Positions 32,691 to 41,094 of a stretch of DNA of 64,000 nt are shown here, piece by piece. Numbering within the stretch: the first letter of the stretch is position 1; every line of letters starts with the position of its first letter. The translations under genes and the position numbers were made by a program. A model generated the notes under the pieces. That model did not search any database. It was not told the origin of the DNA and saw nothing but the letters and a program-made list of their open reading frames with translations. The DNA is from Pseudomonadota bacterium (GTDB taxonomy: Bacteria > Myxococcota_A > UBA9160 > SZUA-336), in NCBI GenBank assembly GCA_003247575.1, contig QJZC01000002.1:69480-133479 (forward strand). The letters run 5' to 3'.

Positions 32691-32833
32691 CGGCAGGGCC
32701 CTTTCCCTAGCCGGCCAAGATTCGCTCGAGGATGTCGGAGGCGAGATGTGGGTGCGCGGCCTGTGATATTAAGTGACCGTGGGGTGGGACCAGAGTCCAT
32801 GGGCTCGTCCGTGACGATGCTCGGGCGCCCCGC

Positions 32834-34327
32834 GTGATGTCGGGAGCGCGAGTACGGATGTCGAGTTCGACGAGTCAGAGATCGAGGCGAACGAGTCAGG
32901 GCTCGAGTCGAAGGGTAGGGAGGCGCGCGGCCAGGATCGAGGCCGCGCACCGTCCCGCGCATCCGATTCATCACACGACCGAACCAAGAGCCGGTGCGCT
33001 TCTGCTCCTGGTCACCGCCGCGTGCCTCTTGCTCCCGCCGCTCGTCCGCGGGTCCGACGAGTCGCAACCGAGCCCCGTCCGGGTGCCCAACATCTTCCCC
33101 GTACCTGCGATGCCTCCTGTGAAGGCACCGAACCCGACCCTGCCGAACCCGATGGCGCCGAACCGAGAGGGCGTCGCCGTCGAGAGCGCCACGGAGGTGC
33201 CCTCCAGTCCGGGAGAGGCGCGCGATGAGCCGGGAGTCCGCGGAAAACCTCCCGGCTCGCCGCGTCCGCGAGCCGGAGTGCCGCTCGAGCTTCGCACCGT
33301 CGAGAACGCGTTCAACGCTCGCATCGGTAGCCAAACCGCACTCGGGCTCGGGCGCTACGATGGTCTGCTGGCCAGCCAGGCGCTCGGAGCCGCCGCTCGG
33401 CTGAATCTCGTCGGTGGATTTCCGCTCACCGCTTCCAACACCTCGCGCTTCGATCTCGACCGTTCCTTCTATTCCCTGAGCGTCGATGTGTTGCCGAACG
33501 ACGGTGGATTGACGGGGCGCATCTTTGGCGTACAGCAACAGGTCGGTACCGAGAGCGAACGACGTTCCATTGGCGGACAATTCGGTGTGGACTACACGAA
33601 TGGATTCGGATTGATCGCCGTAGACTACGATGTCGAGTTCGGTGATCTCGGCGCTCTGAGCCTACTCGCAACCACGAGACTCGGATCGGGGACCTCTTTG
33701 CAGGCCGCCTTCGACGCACGACGCTATGCCGGCGTGCAACCAGTGTTCTCGATCGTAGAGGGTGGCAGCGTGAGCACCGTGGGCCAGCTGCTCGAACGGC
33801 TCTCCGAGCGAGAGATACGCGCGCCTCTCTTCGACCCGCAGGCACAGACGCGCACCTTCCGTCTCGGCGGCTCTCGACAGATCACACCCGAGCTAGAGCT
33901 CAGTGCAGGCTTTACCTTCGAAGACGTCGTCTCCGCCGAACTGTCATCGGCCCGCGCGAACACGTCGGGCCAGGAGCAACTCGACTACTCCCTCGCGGCG
34001 ACCTGGCGGAATTTCCTGGTCGCCAAGAGTGCAACCATGGCCTCGCTGCGCATCGCGGACTCGAGCGACTCCCGCCGCTACTCCGGCATGCTCGGAGGCC
34101 AGTATCCCCTGATTGGGAATCTCCGCTTCGGTCCAGACCTCGCGCTGGAGTTCCGCGAGGCCCGAGCAGAGTGGACCTACAAACCCTCGCTGCGCTTCGA
34201 GTACCTCCGGAGTCGCCTGCGGCTCGACTTTCGGCTCGGGCTGGAAGTGCGCGACTCAGGGGTCCCCCGCGAAGCCCTGTCCGCGGGCAGCTTGTTCTAT
34301 CGGATCGGATACCGCTACGACTTCTGA
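32834..34327 (+). CDS. Hypothetical secreted / outer-membrane beta-barrel-like protein
   Basis: Hydrophobic signal-like stretch ALLLLVTAACLLLPPLVRG, alternating beta-strand-like sequence and C-terminal ...YRIGYRYDF. Start codon uncertain, because a long Arg/Ser-rich leader precedes the signal. Confidence 0.5.
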   Translation: MMSGARVRMSSSTSQRSRRTSQGSSRRVGRRAARIEAAHRPAHPIHHTTEPRAGALLLLVTAACLLLPPLVRGSDESQPSPVRVPNIFPVPAMPPVKAPNPTLPNPMAPNREGVAVESATEVPSSPGEARDEPGVRGKPPGSPRPRAGVPLELRTVENAFNARIGSQTALGLGRYDGLLASQALGAAARLNLVGGFPLTASNTSRFDLDRSFYSLSVDVLPNDGGLTGRIFGVQQQVGTESERRSIGGQFGVDYTNGFGLIAVDYDVEFGDLGALSLLATTRLGSGTSLQAAFDARRYAGVQPVFSIVEGGSVSTVGQLLERLSEREIRAPLFDPQAQTRTFRLGGSRQITPELELSAGFTFEDVVSAELSSARANTSGQEQLDYSLAATWRNFLVAKSATMASLRIADSSDSRRYSGMLGGQYPLIGNLRFGPDLALEFREARAEWTYKPSLRFEYLRSRLRLDFRLGLEVRDSGVPREALSAGSLFYRIGYRYDF

Positions 34328-34505
34328 GATCGGGCACCCGATCCCTCGAGCACGCAGATCCGATTCACTGGGCTCTGGGCTCTCCTAGGTAGATGCTGGA
34401 GCTTGCGAGCGTTCGCCGGCGTCTGGTGTCCGATGCCTCCCTCGATGGCTCGAGGGGCGATGGCTCGAGGGTTCGTGCCGCTAGAGACGGCGCGGGAGGG
34501 AGTCG

Positions 34506-35267
34506 ATGTTCTATCGGTTCGATGCGTTCGTTCTCGATGTCGTGCGGAGAGAGGTCTGGCGGGACAGGCTGCGGATCGATCTGCGCCCCCGCCCCCTCGA
34601 GGTGCTCACGTACCTGGTCCAATGCGAGAATCGCTGGGTCTCCGCACAGGAGCTCCGGCAGACAGTGTGGCACGATGCCGTGGTATCCGGCGACGCCGTG
34701 CGAACCGCGATCCGAGACGTTCGCCGCGAGCTCGATACGTGCCAGGACTCCGTCATCGACAGCCGCCGTCGCGCAGGCTACCGCATCGTCCCTCCAGTCG
34801 AACGCATCGAGAACTCGAGTGGCGCCGGCCCGAGCCTGCACACGCTGCGTTCTACCTCGCCAACGATCGCCGTGCTCCCACTTCACATGTTCCCGGACGC
34901 CTCGCCGGAAGCGTATCTCGGCTGGGCGATGGCCGATGCCCTGACCTCGCAACTCGCGCTCGAACAGTGCCTACCCGTGGTCTCCCAGCAGTCGGTCCGC
35001 GCGGCAGCTCTCCATCTACGGACAGCTGCAGACATCGCTGAGAAGGTTGGAGCAGACTACCTCATCGAGGGAAGTGTTCACGTCGAACACACGAACAAGG
35101 TCCGCGCGACGCTCCGCCTGGTACATCCCTGCGACGGCTTGATCCTGGCCGCCGAGTCCTACGCGTGCGAAGTGGCCGACTGGCGCCCTCATCACAGTGC
35201 TGCCGCAGCACGTCTGACGGATCGGCTCTCGTCACACCATGTGCTCCAGGCTGCATCCGCCGCCTGA
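34506..35267 (+). CDS. OmpR/PhoB-type winged-helix (CadC-like) regulator with a TolB-N-like (COG5616-type) module
   Basis: FDAFVLDVVRREVWRDRLRIDLRPRPLEVLTYLVQCENRWVSAQELRQTVWHD...AVRTAIRDVRREL is a trans_reg_C domain. It is followed by IAVLPLHMFPD...YLIEGSV. Confidence 0.75.
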   Translation: MFYRFDAFVLDVVRREVWRDRLRIDLRPRPLEVLTYLVQCENRWVSAQELRQTVWHDAVVSGDAVRTAIRDVRRELDTCQDSVIDSRRRAGYRIVPPVERIENSSGAGPSLHTLRSTSPTIAVLPLHMFPDASPEAYLGWAMADALTSQLALEQCLPVVSQQSVRAAALHLRTAADIAEKVGADYLIEGSVHVEHTNKVRATLRLVHPCDGLILAAESYACEVADWRPHHSAAAARLTDRLSSHHVLQAASAA

Positions 35268-35273
35268 CCCAGA

Positions 35274-36248
35274 CTAGTTTGCAGAGATCGAGTCGATCGA
35301 GCCGAAGAGGTCGCGAAGCCGCTCGCTGAGCTCCTGCGGGAGGGGGGGAGCGGTGATCGCCCGTACGTTCGACTCGAGATGAGCAACGCTTCCCGTACCC
35401 GTCAGCACCACGTGCGCGCCGGGCTCGTGCCGGCAAAACCGGTATGCGGCCTGCACGACGGACTCGACATTCGGATGAGCCGTCAGGAAACCGAGCGGAT
35501 CACTGGAATCGATCGCAGCCGCGCGCAGCTTTCCCGCTGCGACCAGCTGCTCGAGAATCTCCACCAGCACGTTCGGCTGGCTCAGAGCGCGTCGAACCGC
35601 GAACATGATCAGCGTCCCGACATCGCGCTCGCGGGTCAGCGGGAACACCCGTTGACGAGCGGACGGGTTCAACAGGTTGAAGCCGACCATGATCACGTCG
35701 AACAGATCGTCGGGCAACGCACGCGAGAACATCTCGTGGCCGGTATCTCCCCCGAACTGCTCGGTGATCCCCAAGAATCGAATCTTCCCTGCCTCGCGTA
35801 GCCGCAGCAGCTCGGGCACCAACTCCCGCTTGCAGTGCTCGTAGCTCGAAGCGCGTACCCCGTGCAGATGAAAGATGTCGACGTAGTCGGTGCCGAGCCG
35901 GGCCAGGCTCTTCTCGAGGCTCTCACGCAGCCCCTCCACGGAGAGCAGCTGACCTCCACGAGCCGGACTCACCTTCGTGGAAATCACAACACGGTCTCGC
36001 CGTCCAGAAATCGCCTTGCCTACTACGGACTCGGTTCGGTAGGCACGAGCCGTATCGATGAAATCGATCCCGAGATCGAGCGCGGTCTCGACGACGCGTA
36101 CCGCGTGCGACTCATCGTGACCGGTCGCCAGACCCAGCCGGCTGTGCCCGCCGCAACCGAGCCCCGCAACGCTCACCTCGAGACCGGTACGGCCCAACCG
36201 GATCTTCTGCACGTCCTCATCTCCCCTCCGCAAGCGCGCCGATCGCAC
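35274..36248 (-). CDS. Aldo/keto reductase
   Basis: KIRLGRTGLEVSVAGLGCGG, IDFIDTARAYRTE and DIFHLHG are typical AKR motifs. An alternative GTG start is at 36212. Confidence 0.85.
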   Translation of the reverse strand: MRSARLRRGDEDVQKIRLGRTGLEVSVAGLGCGGHSRLGLATGHDESHAVRVVETALDLGIDFIDTARAYRTESVVGKAISGRRDRVVISTKVSPARGGQLLSVEGLRESLEKSLARLGTDYVDIFHLHGVRASSYEHCKRELVPELLRLREAGKIRFLGITEQFGGDTGHEMFSRALPDDLFDVIMVGFNLLNPSARQRVFPLTRERDVGTLIMFAVRRALSQPNVLVEILEQLVAAGKLRAAAIDSSDPLGFLTAHPNVESVVQAAYRFCRHEPGAHVVLTGTGSVAHLESNVRAITAPPLPQELSERLRDLFGSIDSISAN

Positions 36249-36366
36249 GTCTTGCTTTTTTAGCCACGGACTGGCTCATTCAGCGAATCCATGGGCCAAT
36301 CCCCAGAGTTAGAGAGTCTACTCTTTCCGGAACCCTAACGACTGTGGTAGCCTCCCCACCCGAGCG

Positions 36367-37395
36367 ATGCAGGAACCCACGATCTCACTTCGCATGATCC
36401 GCCCCTTTCTCCAAGCGGCAAGAGAGGGCGGGGTGCCTGAGAGGATGCTCTCGTTCTGGGACCGAATCGACCCGGACACCCGGATTGCGGCCACCTCGGG
36501 ATCGCGACTCCTCTTGGTGGCGTTGGCGCTCACGCGAGACCCCGATATCGGCTTGCGAGCTGCGCTGCAGACCGGTCCCGGCGACTATGACCTGCTCGAG
36601 TATGCCGCGAGCTCCTGCACCACCGTGCGCGAGGCGCTCGAGGTCATGAGTCGCTACCTGTTCCTGATCTCGGACAAGGCCAGGCTCGACTACGAGATTC
36701 GCGGTTCGCGCCTCTACCTCTACCTGTCCCGGCGACCCACTGCACCCACCCGAGATCCAACCGACGACTTTGCGCTCGCATTCTCCTATCTGAGCCATCG
36801 GCGCTGGATAGAAGGGGACCCGTCTCATCTCGAGGTCTGGTTTCCCTATCCGAAGCCGGAAGCATCGACCTTGCACGACACGATCTTCGATCCACGGGTC
36901 AAGCTGACTTTCGGTGCTCCATGCTGTGCGCTGATCAGCGATGCCGCCGATCTCGAGCTGCGACCGCGCGCATCCGATCCGAAGCTCAACGACCTGCTGC
37001 TGCGTTTCGCACAATCCGGAGGGCCGGTTCGCCCATCCCAGCCATCCTTCGTGGACCTGGTGCGCCGAGCCACGCTCGGCGAGTTGCACGGTGGGGACCC
37101 AAGCGCAGAGCACATCGCCGAGCTACTCACGGTGAGCCGCCGCACTCTCGTGAGACGCCTCGAAGAAGCGGGGGTTTCCTTCAAGGATCTGCTCAGCCAC
37201 GTACGATGTACGAGAGCCGTACACTATCTGCTGGTAGAGCAGCTCTCGACTCCAGAGATCGTGGAACGGCTCGGATACTCCGACCGCGCCGCCTTCTCGA
37301 AGGCCTTCAAACGCTGGTTCGGCGTTTCACCCATTCAGTTCGTGCGAGCCCGCACTTCGCAAGACGGCCGCCTCGAAACCCCACTCGCCCACTGA
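36367..37395 (+). CDS. AraC-family transcriptional regulator (AraC-binding-like N-domain plus HTH)
   Basis: C-terminal HTH_18 pattern (IAELLTVSRRTLVRRLEEAGVSFKDLL...PEIVERLGYSDRAAFSKAFKRWFGVSP). Confidence 0.85.
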   Translation: MQEPTISLRMIRPFLQAAREGGVPERMLSFWDRIDPDTRIAATSGSRLLLVALALTRDPDIGLRAALQTGPGDYDLLEYAASSCTTVREALEVMSRYLFLISDKARLDYEIRGSRLYLYLSRRPTAPTRDPTDDFALAFSYLSHRRWIEGDPSHLEVWFPYPKPEASTLHDTIFDPRVKLTFGAPCCALISDAADLELRPRASDPKLNDLLLRFAQSGGPVRPSQPSFVDLVRRATLGELHGGDPSAEHIAELLTVSRRTLVRRLEEAGVSFKDLLSHVRCTRAVHYLLVEQLSTPEIVERLGYSDRAAFSKAFKRWFGVSPIQFVRARTSQDGRLETPLAH

Positions 37396-37642
37396 TTCGC
37401 ATTTAGCCCCCACGGGACGAGACCGCCGCGCGTTTCCCCGCGGCATCATCCGCGCAGCGCGGACCCGCCGCCACCAGGCACCCGCAGGTTGCCAAGCTCG
37501 CTGGGGAGGGCTGGGATTCGAGGTGTGCTCGCCGGACAGCCACCTCTCGCTTCTGGCCCACGGCGAGTTCGGCCTGTGATATGCAGAGGCTCGCAGGGCT
37601 GAGAAAGCGAACTCACGGAGCGCACAGCGGGTGCGAGAATTG

Positions 37643-37671
37643 GCGCAGTGCCCAGGGGTTGGGCACTGCGC
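37643..37671 (+). promoter_or_regulatory. Perfect 12-bp stem hairpin in the leader of the transglutaminase/amidoligase cluster
   Basis: GCGCAGTGCCCA (37643-37654) pairs with TGGGCACTGCGC (37660-37671) around a 5-nt loop. It is followed by three tandem GGGCGCT heptamers (about 37685-37705), 60 nt upstream of the 37732 ATG. Confidence 0.35.
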
Positions 37672-37731
37672 GTGCTTCATGACGGGGCGCTGGGCGCTGG
37701 GCGCTGGGCTAGGAAGGAATAGGTTCAGGCT

Positions 37732-40700
37732 ATGGCGATTCGCGTCGCGCTCGACCATTCGACACGGTATCGGTACGATCGCCCGATCCGTCTATCTCCC
37801 CATGTCGTGCGGCTGCATCCGGCACCGCACACGCGCACTCCCGTGCACGATTACCAGCTGCTGATCGATCCACCCAACCACGAGCTCTCCTGGCAGCAGG
37901 ACCCCTTCGGCAACGTGATCGCGCGCGTGCTGTTTCCAGAACCCGTCCACGAGATGCGATTGCACGTGCGGCTGATCGCAGACATGACGGTCATCAATCC
38001 CTTCGACTTCTTCGTGGAGGAGTCCGCCGAGAATTACCCGTTCACATACGATCCGCGACTTCGGAAGGAGCTGGCACCCTATTTCGAGATCGTAGAACGA
38101 GGACCCCGGCTCTTGGAGTGGCTCGCCAGCGAACCCACCGAACCGTGCCACATCGTGGACTATCTGGTTGGCGTGAATGCGCGCTTGGAAAAGCGCATCG
38201 ATTACACGGTGCGCCTCGATCCAGGCATTCAGAGCTGCGAGGCAACCTTGGAGAAGAGCCTCGGCTCGTGCCGAGACACGGGCTGGTTGCTGGTTCAGAT
38301 TCTGCGCCACAAAGGGCTCGCGGCGCGTTTCGTGTCCGGGTACCTGGTTCAGCTGAAGCCCGACGAGAAGTCGCTCGACGGCCCCTCGGGTACGGATCAC
38401 GATTTCACCGATCTCCACGCATGGGCCGAGGTCTACGTGCCCGGTGCGGGATGGATCGGGCTCGACCCGACCTCGGGGCTGTTTGCCGGCGAAGGTCACA
38501 TTCCGCTCGCGTGCACGCCGGATCCGGTGAGCGCCGCGCCGCTCACCGGCTTCACGGAGAAGTGCGAGACGGAGTTCGAACACAGCAACGAGGTGTTGCG
38601 GATTCACGAGGATCCGCGGGTCACCAAGCCCTATACCGAAGCGCAATGGAATGCGATTCGCTCGCTCGGATGCTCGGTCGATCGCGAGCTCGAGGCCCTC
38701 GACGTGCGGCTCACGATGGGTGGGGAGCCCACCTTCGTCTCGATCGACGACATGGAGGGTGCGGAGTGGAACACGGCCGCGCTCGGGGCCCACAAACGCG
38801 AGCGAGCGCTGGTCTTGGCGGAACGTCTGAAGCAGGTCTTTGCACCCGGTGGCTTTCTGCAATACGGGCAGGGCAAGTGGTATCCCGGCGAGCCAGTCCC
38901 GCGCTGGGCCATCGGCTGCTACTGGCGAAGCGACGGCCGACCGCTCTGGGCGCACGAGCGCCTGGCGGCGGACGAGAATCGCGATTACGGCTTCAATAGC
39001 CCTGAAGCAGCTCGCTTTTCACGCGAACTCGCGCGCCAGCTCGGGTTGGACGACGCCTATGTCGTCGAGGCCCGCGAGGACTGGCTTCACTACCTGTGGC
39101 GCGAGGCGTGCCAGCCGCTCGAGAAGGGCGCACCGAAGCGATCGCAGCCAGCGCATGCCGATGACCTGCAGCAGGCGCTGGCGCGAGGGCTCGATCAGCC
39201 CGTCGGCTATGCGCTGCCTCTGCAGTGGAACTTCGTGACCGGAGGATTCAGCTCGGGCGTCTGGAAGTTCGAGCGGGACGCGCTGTACCTCCTCCCAGGG
39301 AGCTCGCCCATGGGGCTGCGACTTCCGCTCGACGAACTCGGCTGGGTGGCACGCGGTGGCCCTCGCCGCGAGACCGAGCTGAGTGCAGACACACCCGAGG
39401 TAGAGCGAGCCTCAGCCTCCGCTCCGTACGCAGCGCCCGCAAACCGGCGAAGCCCGCATCGATCGGCGCTGTGGCAGCGATCCCCGACACCCAGCGAAGA
39501 GGACCCACGCTGGTGGCACGTTCCGCACGCGGCACTCTGCGTCGAAGCTCGCGAGGGTCGTCTGTACGTGTTCATGCCTTGGCTGGAGCGGTTCGATCAC
39601 TACGCGACCTTGCTCCAAGCGGTCGAAGCCACCGCGGCGGCGCTGGACTGTCCGGTGGCGATCGAGGGCTACGATCCCCCCCGCAGTCCCGAGCTGAGCT
39701 CGCTCAAGGTGACCCCGGACCCCGGAGTCATCGAGGTGAACATCCACCCCGCATCCGACTGGGAATCCCTGGAGCACAACACCGTGCTGCTCTACCGCGA
39801 AGCACGGCAAGCCCGACTGGGCACCGAGAAGTTCATGGTCGACGGGAGGCACACCGGTACCGGTGGAGGGAACCACGTGACACTCGGCGGGCCGAGGCAC
39901 CAGGACAGCCCCTTTCTGCGCCGCCCGGATCTGCTGCGATCGCTGATCACCTACTGGCAACATCACCCAGCACTCTCGTATCTCTTCTCGGGGCTCTTCA
40001 TCGGCCCGACGTCGCAAGCCCCGCGCGTCGACGAGCAGGGAAGCCGTCTACTTGCGGAGCTCGAGCAGAGCTTCGACGAGCTCGAACCGGGAACCGCACC
40101 GGAAACCATCGATCGCGCGCTGCGCACGTTCCTGGCAGACCTGACCGGCAACACACACCGCACCGAGTTCTGCATCGACAAGCTATGGTCCCCCGATTCG
40201 GCCGCCGGACGTCAGGGCCTGGTCGAGTTCCGCGGCTTCGAGATGCCCCCGCACGCGCGCATGAGCCTGGCCCAGATGCTCCTGCTGCGCGCGCTCACCG
40301 CACGCTTCTGGAAGCAGCCTTATCGCAAGCCGCTGGTGCGCTGGGGGACGGCACTGCACGATCGCTTCCTGCTGCCGCAGGCAGTCTGGGACGACTTCTG
40401 TTTCGTGCTGGAAGATCTACAAGGTGCCGGATACGGCTTCGAGGCCGATTGGTTCGCGCCCTTCTTCGAGTTTCGCTTCCCCGTTTATGGTCGGGTCGTC
40501 TATGCGGGCGTCGAGTTCGAGCTGCGGATGGCGCTCGAGCCGTGGCTCGTGCTCGGGGACGAAACCACGGCCCAGCGAGAGGCGCGCGGAGTCGACTCGG
40601 CGCTCGAACGATTGCAGATCAAATGTCGCGGACTCGATCCAGACCGACACGTCGTCACCTGCAACGGTCGGCGCCTTCCACTCCACTCGACTGGCGAAGA

Positions 40701-41094
40701 TGGGGAGTGGTACGCCGGAGTCCGCTACAAAGCCTGGCCGGCTAGCTTTGGCCTCCACACCGGCATCGAGGTGCACGCCCCGCTGGTCTTCGACCTGGTC
40801 GACCGCAGTCTGGGACGCTCGCTCGGAGGCTGCGTCTACTTCGTATCTCACCCTGGAGGCAGACACTACGCGAGCTTTCCGGTGAATGCCTACGAAGCGG
40901 AAGCCCGGCGAATCGGGCGCTTCTGGCACTTTGGACACACCGCGGGCAAGACGCGGGTGCCCGGCGCGATCGAAGATCTGAGGCGACTCTACTCGACCGA
41001 GTCGGAGTCGTGCGCGCGCGAACCGGCGCGCGAGGACATGAATCGCGAGTATCCGTACACCCTCGATCTTCGCCGGAGGCCAGACGTGCCATGA
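37732..41094 (+). CDS. Transglutaminase-N + transglutaminase core + DUF2126 (GS-like putative amidoligase) giant protein, copy A
   Basis: N-terminus HSTRYRYDRPIRLSPHVVRLHPAPH (Bact_transglu_N). Cys-His-Asp triad context GSCRDTGW / DLHAWAEVY / GLDPTSG. A long C-terminal region is collinear with copies B and C. Confidence 0.85.
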   Translation: MAIRVALDHSTRYRYDRPIRLSPHVVRLHPAPHTRTPVHDYQLLIDPPNHELSWQQDPFGNVIARVLFPEPVHEMRLHVRLIADMTVINPFDFFVEESAENYPFTYDPRLRKELAPYFEIVERGPRLLEWLASEPTEPCHIVDYLVGVNARLEKRIDYTVRLDPGIQSCEATLEKSLGSCRDTGWLLVQILRHKGLAARFVSGYLVQLKPDEKSLDGPSGTDHDFTDLHAWAEVYVPGAGWIGLDPTSGLFAGEGHIPLACTPDPVSAAPLTGFTEKCETEFEHSNEVLRIHEDPRVTKPYTEAQWNAIRSLGCSVDRELEALDVRLTMGGEPTFVSIDDMEGAEWNTAALGAHKRERALVLAERLKQVFAPGGFLQYGQGKWYPGEPVPRWAIGCYWRSDGRPLWAHERLAADENRDYGFNSPEAARFSRELARQLGLDDAYVVEAREDWLHYLWREACQPLEKGAPKRSQPAHADDLQQALARGLDQPVGYALPLQWNFVTGGFSSGVWKFERDALYLLPGSSPMGLRLPLDELGWVARGGPRRETELSADTPEVERASASAPYAAPANRRSPHRSALWQRSPTPSEEDPRWWHVPHAALCVEAREGRLYVFMPWLERFDHYATLLQAVEATAAALDCPVAIEGYDPPRSPELSSLKVTPDPGVIEVNIHPASDWESLEHNTVLLYREARQARLGTEKFMVDGRHTGTGGGNHVTLGGPRHQDSPFLRRPDLLRSLITYWQHHPALSYLFSGLFIGPTSQAPRVDEQGSRLLAELEQSFDELEPGTAPETIDRALRTFLADLTGNTHRTEFCIDKLWSPDSAAGRQGLVEFRGFEMPPHARMSLAQMLLLRALTARFWKQPYRKPLVRWGTALHDRFLLPQAVWDDFCFVLEDLQGAGYGFEADWFAPFFEFRFPVYGRVVYAGVEFELRMALEPWLVLGDETTAQREARGVDSALERLQIKCRGLDPDRHVVTCNGRRLPLHSTGEDGEWYAGVRYKAWPASFGLHTGIEVHAPLVFDLVDRSLGRSLGGCVYFVSHPGGRHYASFPVNAYEAEARRIGRFWHFGHTAGKTRVPGAIEDLRRLYSTESESCAREPAREDMNREYPYTLDLRRRPDVP

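Noticed and set aside
39225-40745. 506-aa alternative-frame ORF within transglutaminase/amidoligase copy A (likewise 41498-42481, 42070-43257, 41715-42887 in copy B)
   Set aside because: These are Arg/Pro/Ala/Gly-rich shadow frames. The annotated frames carry the conserved family blocks.
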